A stretch of DNA of 64,000 bases from Macrostomum lignano (Eukaryota), in assembly GCA_002269645.1 (NCBI GenBank), contig NIVC01001039.1:1-64000 (forward strand). The letters are read 5' to 3'. The position numbers and the translations under genes are program-made. Below the pieces are notes generated by a model, which saw only the letters and a list, made by a program, of their open reading frames with translations, did not search any database and was not told the origin of the DNA. Within the stretch, counting starts at the first letter, position 1, and the number at the start of each line of letters is the position of its first letter. Shown here in pieces: positions 24,735-35,391 of the stretch.

Positions 24735-25678
24735 CTGTCGGAAGAGAGTGTCAACTTCCGAAACTTCGCTTCCAGACACTTGGACATGTCGGAAGAGAGT
24801 GTCAACTTCCGAAACTTCGCTTCCAGACACTTGGACATGTCGGAAGAGAGTGTCAACTTCCGAAACTTCGCTTCCAGACACTTGGACATGTCGGAAGAGA
24901 GTGTCAACTTCCGAAACTTTGCTTCCAGACACTTGGACATGTCGGAAGAGAGTGTCAACTTCCGAAACTTTGCTTCCAGACACTTGGACATGTCGGAAGA
25001 GAGTGTCAACTTCCGAAACTTCGCTTTCAGACACTTGGACATGTCGGAAGAGAGTGTCAACTTCCGAAACTTCGCTTCCAGACACTTGGACATGTCGGAA
25101 GAGAGTGTCAACTTCCGAAACTTCGCTTCCAGACACTTGGACATGTCGGAAGAGAGTGTCAACTTCCGAAACTTCGCTTCCAGACACTTGGACATGTCGG
25201 AAGAGAGTGTCAACTTCCGAAACTTCGCTTCCAGACACTTGGACATGTCGGAAGAGAGTGTCAACTTCCGAAACTTCGCTTCCAGACACTTGGACATGTC
25301 GGAAGAGAGTGTCAACTTCCGAAACTTTGCTTCCAGACACTTGGACATGTCGGAAGAGAGTGTCAACTTCCGAAACTTCGCTTCCAGACACTTGGACATG
25401 TCGGAAGAGAGTGTCAACTTCCGAAACTTCGCTTCCAGACACTTGGACATGTCGGAAGAGAGTGTCAACTTCCGAAACTTCGCTTCCAGACACTTGGACA
25501 TGTCGGAAGAGAGTGTCAACTTCCGAAACTTCGCTTCCAGACACTTGGACATGTCGGAAGAGAGTGTCAACTTCCGAAACTTTGCTTCCAGACACTTGGA
25601 CATGTCGGAAGAGAGTGTCAACTTCCGAAACTTTGCTTCCAGACACTTGGACATGTCGGAAGAGAGTGTCAACTTGCG
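24735..25678. repeat. 51-bp minisatellite, ~18 near-identical copies, internal hairpin tcggaag..cttccga
   Basis: Unit gtcggaagagagtgtcaacttccgaaacttcgcttccagacacttggacat. Confidence 0.97.
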
Positions 25679-26439
25679 AAACTATAAAATTAAGGGAAAT
25701 CGAACTCTAGCAATAGATTTTGTGAATAATCCGACGCGTAAACAAAAAAGGATCGATTGTATTTTTGTGCCAGATTAACGTTTATTTTGTAAATAGTGAA
25801 TTGCGCATTGCGTCATACTCGTACAGTAATAAATATCAGCTTATACAGGGGCATAGAAATAAGAGCTGCATTGCTCAGCAATAACTTTCAGTTTCCATTA
25901 TAAAGAGTAATATAGCTATTCGATTTTCGCATGAAGCGCTCCACAGTACAGGTAATGGCTTTCTACTAGAAAAGAAGACAAACAAAACAGCTAACAACGA
26001 TGTTTAAAAAGAGGCGTTGCAGACGAAAAAAGCAAGACAAACTCTTTGGTCTAGAAGCAGCATTTCACAATACATTTAACCAGTTAGCTCAGTTGACGCA
26101 AAAATAACAACAATTTTCTAAAGAGCTTTGTCTACATTAGCATGGCAGCGTTGGCAGATAAATACATTAAACTCCTAGCAGTTAGAGAAACGTTCTTCTG
26201 CGAATTCGATACATTTTTATGATACTCTAAACTAAATAAGCTGGCTAATAGAGAAAGCGCGCCTTTTAGCACAGCAAACGGCCGCTGCTAACCACAGTTT
26301 CGAAGGGGCAGAGTAATAAATATAGTAATAAACAAGCTAGTATTGGCTGACAGTTTATATTGGGACCTCACTATATATGGAATTGAAATTAGCGCTTAAC
26401 CCAGGGATTATTCTAATACGATGGTTTCGTTGAATACCA

Positions 26440-26790
26440 ATGACTGAATAGCCAGGGGAAATCCCAACCAGGGGGAATCCCAACCAGGACAACCCTCGGA
26501 GAATCTCTAATAGAACAACCCAGGGGAATCCCCAGCCAAGAAAACCCCGGGGAATCCCAACCAGGACAACCCCGGCGAATCCCAACCAGGACAACCCCGG
26601 CGAATCTCAACCAGGACAACCCTGAGGGAATCCCAGCAAGTACAACCCCGGGAGAATCTCAATCAGGACAACCCATCGGAATCCCCAGCCAGGAATACCC
26701 CGGGAGAATCCCAGCCAGGACAACCCTGGGAGAATCCCAGCCAGGACAAAACCGGGGAATCCCAGCCAGGACAACTCTGGGAGAATCTCA
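26440..26790. repeat. ~24-bp degenerate repeat (gggaatcccagccaggacaacccc)
   Basis: Seen directly. Confidence 0.85.
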
Positions 26791-26918
26791 ATATAAATAT
26801 CCAAAAAGAATTTACGGTACAACAGAAAAAAACATCTTGCTTTCCAACAGAGAAAAAGCATACCGTACACAGTGTCTGGAGAGCGCTAAGCCTGCAACAG
26901 AAAACACACATCTGGTTG

Positions 26919-29900
26919 TCAAGCGGCTACCACAAGCTGCTGCAGGCTGGGCGGTGGATCAGCGGCCGCCGATTCCAGACCGTCGGAGCGCAGCAGGTGC
27001 GGCCCGATAAGGCGGAAAGCGTCAGCCAGCTGATCCGCCAGGCGGACGATCATCGGCTCCGTGTGGTGCGGCGTCGGCGCCAACCGGAGCCGCTCGTCGC
27101 CCCTAGCAACGGTTGGATAATTGATAGCCTGGATGTAGGCTCCGCAGCGGTGCATCATGTGCTCGGAGATGGCCTGAGCAACCCGGGGATCGCCAACGTG
27201 CAGCGGGATGATGTGGCTCGGCGCGGGGATCACAGGCAGGCCGCGGCTCAGCAGGGCATCGCGCAGGAGCTGTACAGCGGCCTGGTGGCGTTGGCGAAGC
27301 TCGGCGCCTTCGACGGAGCGAAGCACGGCAAGGGAGGCCCGAGCACCGGCCAGCACAGTCGGCGGCAGGCTGGTGGTGAAGATGAAGCCGCTGGCGTAGC
27401 TCCTGACCGCGTCAATCACAGTGGCGTCCCCGGCAACGTAGCCGCCGATGTTGCCGATAGCCTTGCCGAGGGTGCCGCTGATCAGGTCCATGCCGGCCAG
27501 GCAGCCGTCGCGCTCGCCGACCCCGGCACCGGCGGCGCCGTACATGCCGACCGCGTGCACCTCGTCGACGTAGCTGAGGCCGCCGAATTGGCGAGTCAGG
27601 CTGCACAGCTCGGCCAGGGGGCTGATGTCGCCTGTCATGGAGTGGACGGTCTCGAAGGCCACCAGCTTGGGCGAATCCAGCGGCAGCTTCAGCAGCTCTT
27701 GGCGAAGGCGGGCGACATTGTTGTGCGGGAAAATTATCTGCAGGATTGGGGATGGAGGTTGTGAATGCTTGGTTGGAACTGTGAACCATTAGTAGCAATA
27801 CTGTGTGGTGTCTGGCCTGTTCTGGCTGGTTGGGGGTCGCCCGGCCCGGCTTGAGTCTTTCCCCGCGGCGGCCACTGATTGGCTGGGCCTGAGAGTTTGT
27901 GTTTTTCGCTCTAGCCCCCATTCAGTCAGATCTGCTCGGCGGGCACGCTGATTGGCTGAGAGGTCATTTCTTTTGTTTGGCGTTTCTCTCTCGCTGTCTG
28001 TCCCTCTACCCTGTTTAAGTGGTATATAGTGCTCAAGCCTGGCCCAGCACCTTCCCCCGCTCCGCGCCCGCGCCTAGTTCTTCAAACTAAACTAGCGATA
28101 CTCAAGCGAGCCGTATAGACGGTCTCTTACTGCGAAGACTCAATTAATTGCGAGCAAATAAAGCGGTCAGGTGGTTGCGATATTCGAACGAGCCTCACAG
28201 CTTCTGTCATCGGTAAGACCCAGAGTTTATTCGCTTCTTTAGCTTTTCCGAGGCCTTGCCGTAGCAGTGGTTCCATAGCTAGAGCGTCATCACGCCTGCG
28301 ACTGTGACCACTGCAGCACAGCAGCGTAGTATATTGTGTATTATTGTAGTACTGTACCGGTTACTTTATATAGTGTGTACAACCTTACAGTATGGAAACT
28401 AGAAGCACTCGAGAGTGTCACCACACCTCGAGCTGCAGCGTGAACTCTGAGTGTCACAACACCAGAGGGATCGACCTATTATCGCAGAGCGTCGTCACGC
28501 CTGCTCGTATCCATAAAAGTACAGACAGAGCGTCACTACGCCTGTATATTGCGTGTAATACATATTGTACTCGGGACTGGGCACCCAAACCGACCCGGGT
28601 TACGACAACTGTTAACGCTTGGTTACAACTGTGAATCCTTATGTAGCAATAGTGTGAACGCTTAGTTACAACTGTGAATCCTTATGTAGCAAAACTGTGA
28701 ACGCTTAGTTACAGGGTGTCGACGCATTTTTTGTCTCCCAAATAAAGGAGATAAAGGAGATTTTTTGCAAGGGTCAGGGTACAGCTAGAGGAGGGGGACT
28801 TTATCTTAGTAACAAGACTTAAGCAAAAAAACTAAAACATTAAAATTAAAAAAGTGACTTTTTATTAATTTTATGCATTCTTGTTACACAAGTTGCTGTT
28901 GTACATTCAGAGTTGCGCGAGCAACATTTTGTCTATTATTATTCAGATCTATTTATCATCATTGATTACCTGGTGGAGAAATACCTGATGTTAAGAAAGT
29001 ATATGATTGTGTTAAAAATAAATGAAATCAGTGTTACCACTGATATACGCACACTTCTTCATCATAAAATGCTTGCACACATGTGAAACTAAATATGTAA
29101 TATTAATAGAACTGGGAGTTGGGAAAACGTTTACATTCAAAACAGAAAAAAACACTTTTTACACTTACTTCATGCAGGCAAAATATAAAAACTAGACTGT
29201 CCCCTGAATGGAATTAGCTGTCTCTAGATGTAAAAATGTCAATACTAGAGGCCAGCGTTGTTCAACTCATCAAGCTTCTTTTCAAGCTCATCGGCATCCT
29301 TTGTTGCTGCATCTGCCGTATGACGCTTAGCTGCCACTTCTTTCTCAAGTTTCTCAACCATCTCTTGCTGCCACTTTTTATTTTTAGCCTTCTGTTCATT
29401 ATCGGAGTCCAGTTTATGCTGCAGCTCTCGAGCTTCCAGGCACCTTGAACGGGCAGATTGTACATGCTGCAGCATTCTGGGAGTGATGGCAATTGCTGTG
29501 ACTGATCCGGCATCATGAATAGCTTGGGAAACAATTATCTGTGCAATTAGGCTTCGGTCAGATAAGTTTTCCACCAGCAGACTATTGTTAATAGAGAAGC
29601 CACTTTCAACTGATGCCTGCCCATGTGACAATATTAGAACAACAAACAATCCAAAGAAGCTCTTTGCAATTGTTCAGCACTTTCTGCTGAGAAAAGAGGT
29701 TAGAAAAGAACACATCAAGTCGATCAGTATGCCTGTCAAACTTCTGCAGAGAGCTACACAGCACTGAGGATCACTTTACATGATAAAAAACTGCTGCTTC
29801 GCTTTATCAGCATCCTCATGTGTCAACCAACCAGAGTCAGAAAGCAGCTTCATTAGCAACTTGAACCTCTTGTCTCACAAACTAGTGTCCTCATGAAGAA

Positions 29901-32900
29901 GGTGCGGTGATAGAGAACTTTCTGTCCTGGCAATAGGCTGTGCCAAAGGGGACTTCTCAAACAACTTTTCATACACTTTCAAAAGAAACTTGCGACTAGT
30001 GGTGCGAAAAGCCAAGTGCTCATGTTGAGTTGGTGGTGTTGCTTGTCGCTTGAGATGTTCAATAGCAGTTTGAGCAGCTGAACCAAAGTCCACAGTAGTT
30101 TTCTGCACGCCTTGTTGGCTTAAGTCAAGGTCTAAGAGCTGGGTCACTGTGAGGCACTTCTTCATCACGTAAGTCAACGTCTAAGAGCTGGGTCACTGTG
30201 AGGCACTTCTTCATCACGTAAGTCAACGTCTAAGAGCTGGGTCACTGAGGCACTTCTTCATCACGTAAGTCAAGGTCTAAGAGCTGGGTCACTGTGAGGC
30301 ACTTCTTCATCACGTAAGTCAACGTCTAAGAGCTGGGTCACTGTGAGGCACTTCTTCATCACGTAAGTCAACGTCTAAGAGCTGGGTCACTGAGGCACTT
30401 CTTCATCACGTAAGTCAACGTCTAAGAGCTGGGTCACTGAGGCACTTCTTCATCACGTAAGTCAACGTCTAAGAGCTGGGTCACTGAGGCACTTCTTCAT
30501 CACGTAAGTCAACGTCTAAGAGCTGGGTCACTGTGAGGCACTTCTTCATCACGTAAGTCAACGTCTAAGAGCTGGGTCACTGTGAGGCACTTCTTCATCA
30601 CGTAAGTCAACGTCTAAGAGCTGGGTCACTGAGGCACTTCTTCATCACGTAAGTCAACGTCTAAGAGCTGGGTCACTGAGGCACTTCTTCATCACGTCGG
30701 CATCCACAAATCGTAGCATGACACTGCGAAGCACTTCTCCTAGAGATTCGTACAAAAATGGAAACATTGGTGCAGCAGTTTGGAACTGTCGCAAAAATGG
30801 CTCAAGTAGGTTGGCGATAGAGACAAAAAATGAAGCTTGGCCTCTAAGTACTTGTCAGCACAAGCAGATCGAAGCTGTGACATGAGGGACTCTGAATCAT
30901 CAGGTCTCTTTGCAGCCAGCCACTGGAGTAAGCTAGGAAGCATTTCCAGTGCTCGGTTGGCTGCTTTGGAATTCTCTGGCCAGCGGACAGTACAGAACTT
31001 GATTGGGCGTAGATTGTAGCAGTGTCACTGCTTGAAATTCTGTTACTCGAGCTGGACAGTCTTTAAACAAATAATACAGGTTGCGTAGAACTGCCGAATA
31101 TGCCAACCACTGGCATCATGGCTGCAATGGGATGATCGGCTTGCTGTGTGCAATCCACAGGTACCAGTGTCAAGAACAAGAACAACCGAACCAGTGAGAT
31201 CTTCAATCTCAGACTGTAGCTTTGTCTTTAAATCGCAAAAAATCTTCAAATTGACACTTGGGCCATCCATACCAACCTGCACCAGGTGGTCTACAGGTAG
31301 CTGCAGGCGTGCTAGACAGTTAATAAAAATTTATTGCTACTATTTTGATGCAGCACATTATATCAGTTAAGAGTAATAAGTGTACAAAAAGTACACAAAT
31401 GTACAAAACTGTACAAAATACAACTATAATAAAGGAGATAAAGGATATAAAGGAGGCCGTCGACACCCTGTAGTTACAACTGTGAATCCTTATGTAGCAA
31501 TACTGTGAACGCTTAGTTACAACTGTGAATCCTTATGTAGCAATAGTGTGAACGCTTAGTTACAACTGTGAATCCTTATGTAGCAATACTGTGAACGCTT
31601 AGTTACAACTGTGAATCCTTATGTAGCAATAGTGTGAACGCTTAGTTACAACTGTGAATCCTTATGTAGCAATACTGTGAACGCTTAGTTACAACTGTGA
31701 ATCCTTATGTAGCAATACTGTGAACGCTTAGTTACAACTGTGAATCCTTATGTAGCAATACTGTGAACGCTTAGTTACAACTGTGAATCCTTATGTAGCA
31801 ATACTGTGAACGCTTAGTTACAACTGTGAATCCTTATGTAGCAATACTGTGAACGCTTAGTTACAACTGTGAATCCTTATGTAGAAATACTGTGAACGCT
31901 TAGTTACAACTGTGAATCCTTATGTAGCAATAGTGTGAACGCTTAGTTACAACTGTGAATCCTTATGTAGCAATATTGTGAACGCTTAGTTACAACTGTG
32001 AATCCTTATGTAGCAATAGTGTGAACGCTTAGTTACAACTGTGAATCCTTATGTAGCAATACTGTGAACGCTTAGTTACAACTGTGAATCCTTATGTAGC
32101 AATATTGTGAACGCTTAGTTACAACTGTGAATCCTTATGTAGAAATACTGTGAACGCTTAGTTACAACTGTGAATCCTTATGTAGCAATAGTGTGAACGC
32201 TTACTTACAACTGTGAATCCTTATGTAGAAATACTGTGAACGCTTAGTTACAACTGTGAATCCTTATGTAGCAATAGTGTGAACGCTTAGTTACAACTGT
32301 GAATCCTTATGTAGAAATACTGTGAACGCTTAGTTACAACTGTGAATCCTTATGTAGCAATAGTGTGAACGCTTAGTTACAACTGTGAATCCTTATGTAG
32401 CAATAGTGTGAACGCTTAGTTACAACTGTGAATCCTTATGTAGCAATACTGTGAACGCTTAGTTACAACTGTGAATCCTTATGTAGCAATATTGTGAACG
32501 CTTAGTTACAACTGTGAATCCTTATGTAGAAATACTGTGAACGCTTAGTTACAACTGTGAATCCTTATGTAGCAATAGTGTGAACGCTTAGTTACAACTG
32601 TGAATCCTTATGTAGAAATACTGTGAACGCTTAGTTACAACTGTGAATCCTTATGTAGCAATAGTGTGAACGCTTAGTTACAACTGTGAATCCTTATGTA
32701 GAAATACTGTGAACGCTTAGTTACAACTGTGAATCCTTATGTAGCAATAGTGTGAACGCTTAGTTACAACTGTGAATCCTTATGTAGCAATAGTGTGAAC
32801 GCTTAGTTACAACTGTGAATCCTTATGTAGCAATACTGTGAACGCTTAGTTACAACTGTGAATCCTTCTTATGTAGCAATATTGTGAACGCTTAGTTACA

Positions 32901-34789
32901 ACTGTGAATCCGAACGCTTGGTTAAAACTGACTCGTTAGTGCAGAAGCTCACCTTGCGACAGTTGCTAGTGCGGATGCCGTGAATCATGCTCGCGTGATT
33001 ACCGGCATCGGACAGAAACACCAGGCCGGGCACCAGCTGGCCAAGGGTGTACAGAGTCGCCTCGTTGGCCACGTAGCACGAGGTGAACAGCAGGGCGGCC
33101 TCCTTGCCGTGCCAGTCGGCCAGCTCGGCCTCCAGCGCCTCGTGATGGATGGTGTTGCCCGATATGTTGCGGGTGCCGCCCGAGCCCACACCGTGCTGCC
33201 TGGCCGCCTCGATCACCGCCTCCTGTGGGCGGTCACCGATCGGCACCGCTGATCTTCTGTGCTCAGCCTACTTCTCCAGCGACTCTCTCAGCCTACTTCT
33301 CCAGCGACTCTCTCAGCCTACTTCTCCAGCGACTCTCTCAGCCTACTTCTCCAGCGACTCTCTCAGCCTACTTCTCCAGCGACTCTCTCAGCCTACTTCT
33401 CCAGCGACTCTCTCAGCCTACTTCTCCAGCGACTCTCTCAGCCTACTTCTCCCCCGATTCTTTCAGCCTACTTCTCCAGCGACTCTCTCAGCCTACTTCT
33501 CCAGCGACTCTCTCAGCCTACTTCTCCCCCGATTCTTTCAGCCTACTTCTCCCCGGATTCTTTCAGCCTACTTCTCCCCCGTTTCTCTCAGCCTACTTCT
33601 CCCCCGTTTCTCTCAGCCTACTTCTCCCCCGTTTCTCTCAGCCTACTTCTCCCCCGATTCTTTCAGCCTACTTCTCCAGCGACTCTCTCAGCCTACTTCT
33701 CCCCCGTTTCTCTCAGCCTACTTCTCCCCCGTTTCTCTCAGCCTACTTCTCCCCCGATTCTTTCAGCCTACTTCTCCCCCGTTTCTCTCAGCCTACTTCT
33801 CCCCCGATTCTTTCAGCCTACTTCTCCAGCGACTCTCTCAGCCTACTTCTCCCCCGATTCTTTCAGCCTACTTCTCCCCCGATTCTTTCAGCCTACTTCT
33901 CCCCCGATTCTTTCAGCCTACTTCTCCCCCGATTCTTTCAGCCTACTTCTCCCCCTAATCTCTCAGCCTACTTCTCCCCCGTTTCTCTCAGCCTACTTTT
34001 CCCCCTAATCTCTCAGCCTACTTTTCCCCCTAATCTCTCAGCCTACATCTCCCCCGATTGTCTCAGCCTACTTCTCCCCCCAACCGACTCTCTCAGCCTC
34101 TAACATCTTACCCTTCTACCCCATCACACCTCAGGATCTACTTTCATACATTTATTGTACTCGTACGAGAAGACTAACTAGACAACAATCCCTACTAGAA
34201 GCAGAAATTGCCAATACCTGCACCACGGGATGCCAGCTCATGCCCAGATAGTCATTGCTGCACCACACCGTGATGTCCTTCCTGCCGCCCGTGTGCTCCT
34301 CGGCCAGGGGGAAACTCGGGCCGCGCCTGTTCACTTTGCGAAACACCCGATAGCTGTGATCGTCGCGTTTCCGCTGCAGCTGGGCCTCGCAGCGGGCCTT
34401 GTAGTTGTAGAGGTTGGGGGCTCAGCCTGCGGCACCAGCGGCTCGGCTGGCATTGGAGCCGCCTGTTGCTCGTCCATACAGCAGACGGTCAGCGGCCGGC
34501 CGGCCATGCGGCTGTACGGACACTCGCTGGGCGGCGACAGGCCGCAGACGGCGGCGTCGCTAGCAGCTAGGCGGCCGCTGAGAAACGGGCACTTCTTCTC
34601 AGAGATTGGCGGAGGCGGCGGCGGTTGCTGATGACGCTGCGACTGCGTAGATTCCTCAACGCCGGCTGTCATGGCCCGCTGGATGTGCTTGCCGATCACG
34701 GGGCAGCGCTGGGCGAAGCGCAGCAGAGACCAGGGCCGGGACTGGATGAGGCCGCTCGGCAGGTGGCTGAGAAACGGGCAGGACAGCAT
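26919..34789 (-). CDS. ALAS1: 5-aminolevulinate synthase, mitochondrial (apparent 1-nt frameshift in exon 1)
   Basis: Exons 34789-34218, 33222-32953, 27737-26919 have phase-0 GT..AG junctions. Motifs: SYRVFRKVNR, VWCSNDYLGMS, GSGGTRNISG, EAALLFTSCYVANEATL, SDAGNHASMIHGI, AFETVHSM, DEVHAVGMYG, PLP lysine in SGTLGKAIG, FIFTTSLPP, HIIP, QAINYPTVARGDERLRLAPTPHH. The N-terminus has CP heme-regulatory motifs. The frame changes at the G5 run 34416-34420. The symbol denotes the family. Confidence 0.95.
27870..28032 (+). promoter_or_regulatory. Promoter-like cluster (two ctgattggctg CCAAT boxes and gtatatag) upstream of the SL-like sequence
   Basis: ctgattggctg at ~27876 and ~27948, TATA-like gtatatag at ~28023, then a GC-rich tract. 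Motif evidence only. Confidence 0.35.
28110..28154 (+). ncRNA. Spliced-leader-like sequence (SL exon-like copy) in ALAS intron 2
   Basis: gccgtatagacggtctcttactgcgaagactcaattaattgcgag gives 32/35 identity to the recalled M. lignano SL. It ends GAG rather than ATG and has no GT donor immediately after, so it is not a canonical SL RNA gene. Confidence 0.55.
28712..31470 (-). mobile_element. Internally deleted, decayed hAT-like DNA transposon with 13-bp TIRs and 6-bp TSD
   Basis: TIRs cagggtgtcgacg (28712-28724) and cgtcgacaccctg (31458-31470). TAGTTA on both sides (28706-28711, 31471-31476). ataaaggag subterminal repeats at both ends. Broken transposase pieces: QVGMDGPSVNLK..GTCGLH (31043-31282), LEAKLHF (30740-30943), and LILSHGQASVESGFSIN of the hAT C-terminal dimerisation type (29245-29649). 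Confidence 0.88.
30120..30697. repeat. 57/59-bp tandem amplification of a piece of the transposase coding sequence
   Basis: About 10 copies of aagtcaacgtctaagagctgggtcac(tg)tgaggcacttcttcatcacgt. Confidence 0.93.
33262..34100. repeat. ~22-bp minisatellite (ctctcagcctacttctccagcga / ..ctcccccga) filling ALAS intron 1
   Basis: Seen directly. Confidence 0.93.
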
Positions 34790-34911
34790 GGCTGCCGGGC
34801 TGCGGGCGGGCGGGACTGCGACTTGTGGGAAAATGCTTGGATTAAATATCCCCAATGCTGAGCTAGGCCTGACCAATATGAGCCCGAGATGTGTGTAAGG
34901 TGGGGATGGCA

Positions 34912-35165
34912 ACTGGGGATCTGTGAGGCTGGCTCAGCAACTAAGGATCTGTGAGGCTGGCACAGCAACTGAGGATCTGGGAGGCTGGCCCAGCAACTGA
35001 GGATCTGGGAGGCTGGCACAGCAACTGAGGATCTGGGAGGCTGGCCCAGCAACTGAGGATCTGGGAGGCTGGCACAGCAACTGAGGATCTGGGACAACGG
35101 CTTGGCAATTGAGGATCTGGGAGGATAACTTAACAACTGAGGATCTGAGAGGCTGGCGCAGGAAC
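34912..35165 (-). repeat. Inverted outlier of the 28-bp Mint-intron minisatellite
   Basis: agcaactgaggatctgggaggctggccc is the reverse complement of the 5530-8872 unit, including the taacttaacaactgagg variant. Confidence 0.9.
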
Positions 35166-35360
35166 TAAGGATGTGTGGTAAAGGCGGTGGCCTAGCAGTG
35201 CAAAAGACATTGCAAAGTCTTTCATGTAATAAAGAGGTTTTTTAAAGAGCAGCGGCACGGCAGTGTTGGTAGCTAATCTTCACAATTAATTTTCACATAG
35301 AAAGTTTCACATAAAAATGTCTGACTCACGCAAAGCACAATACAAGCGCATGCCTGTGCT

Positions 35361-35391
<31 letters not shown>

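Larger units (their letters stand above)
28605..32912. repeat. 43-bp minisatellite (ttacaactgtgaatccttatgtagcaatactgtgaacgcttag) split by the hAT-like element
   Basis: About 2.5 copies at 28605-28711 and about 33 copies at 31471-32912, in ALAS intron 2. Confidence 0.96.

Noticed and set aside
26916-27764. 282-aa plus-strand ORF
   Set aside because: Antisense shadow of the GC-rich ALAS last exon.
31471-32912. CRISPR-like appearance of the 43-bp, 44-bp and 51-bp arrays
   Set aside because: Units are head-to-tail with no unique spacers, there are no cas genes, and the context is eukaryotic.
33149-34103. SAYFSPDSLSLLL repeat ORFs
   Set aside because: Antisense translation of the ALAS intron 1 minisatellite.
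26919-34789. ALAS as bacterial contamination or recent horizontal transfer (hemA-like)
   Set aside because: It has spliceosomal introns with host repeats and a eukaryote-type CP-motif presequence.
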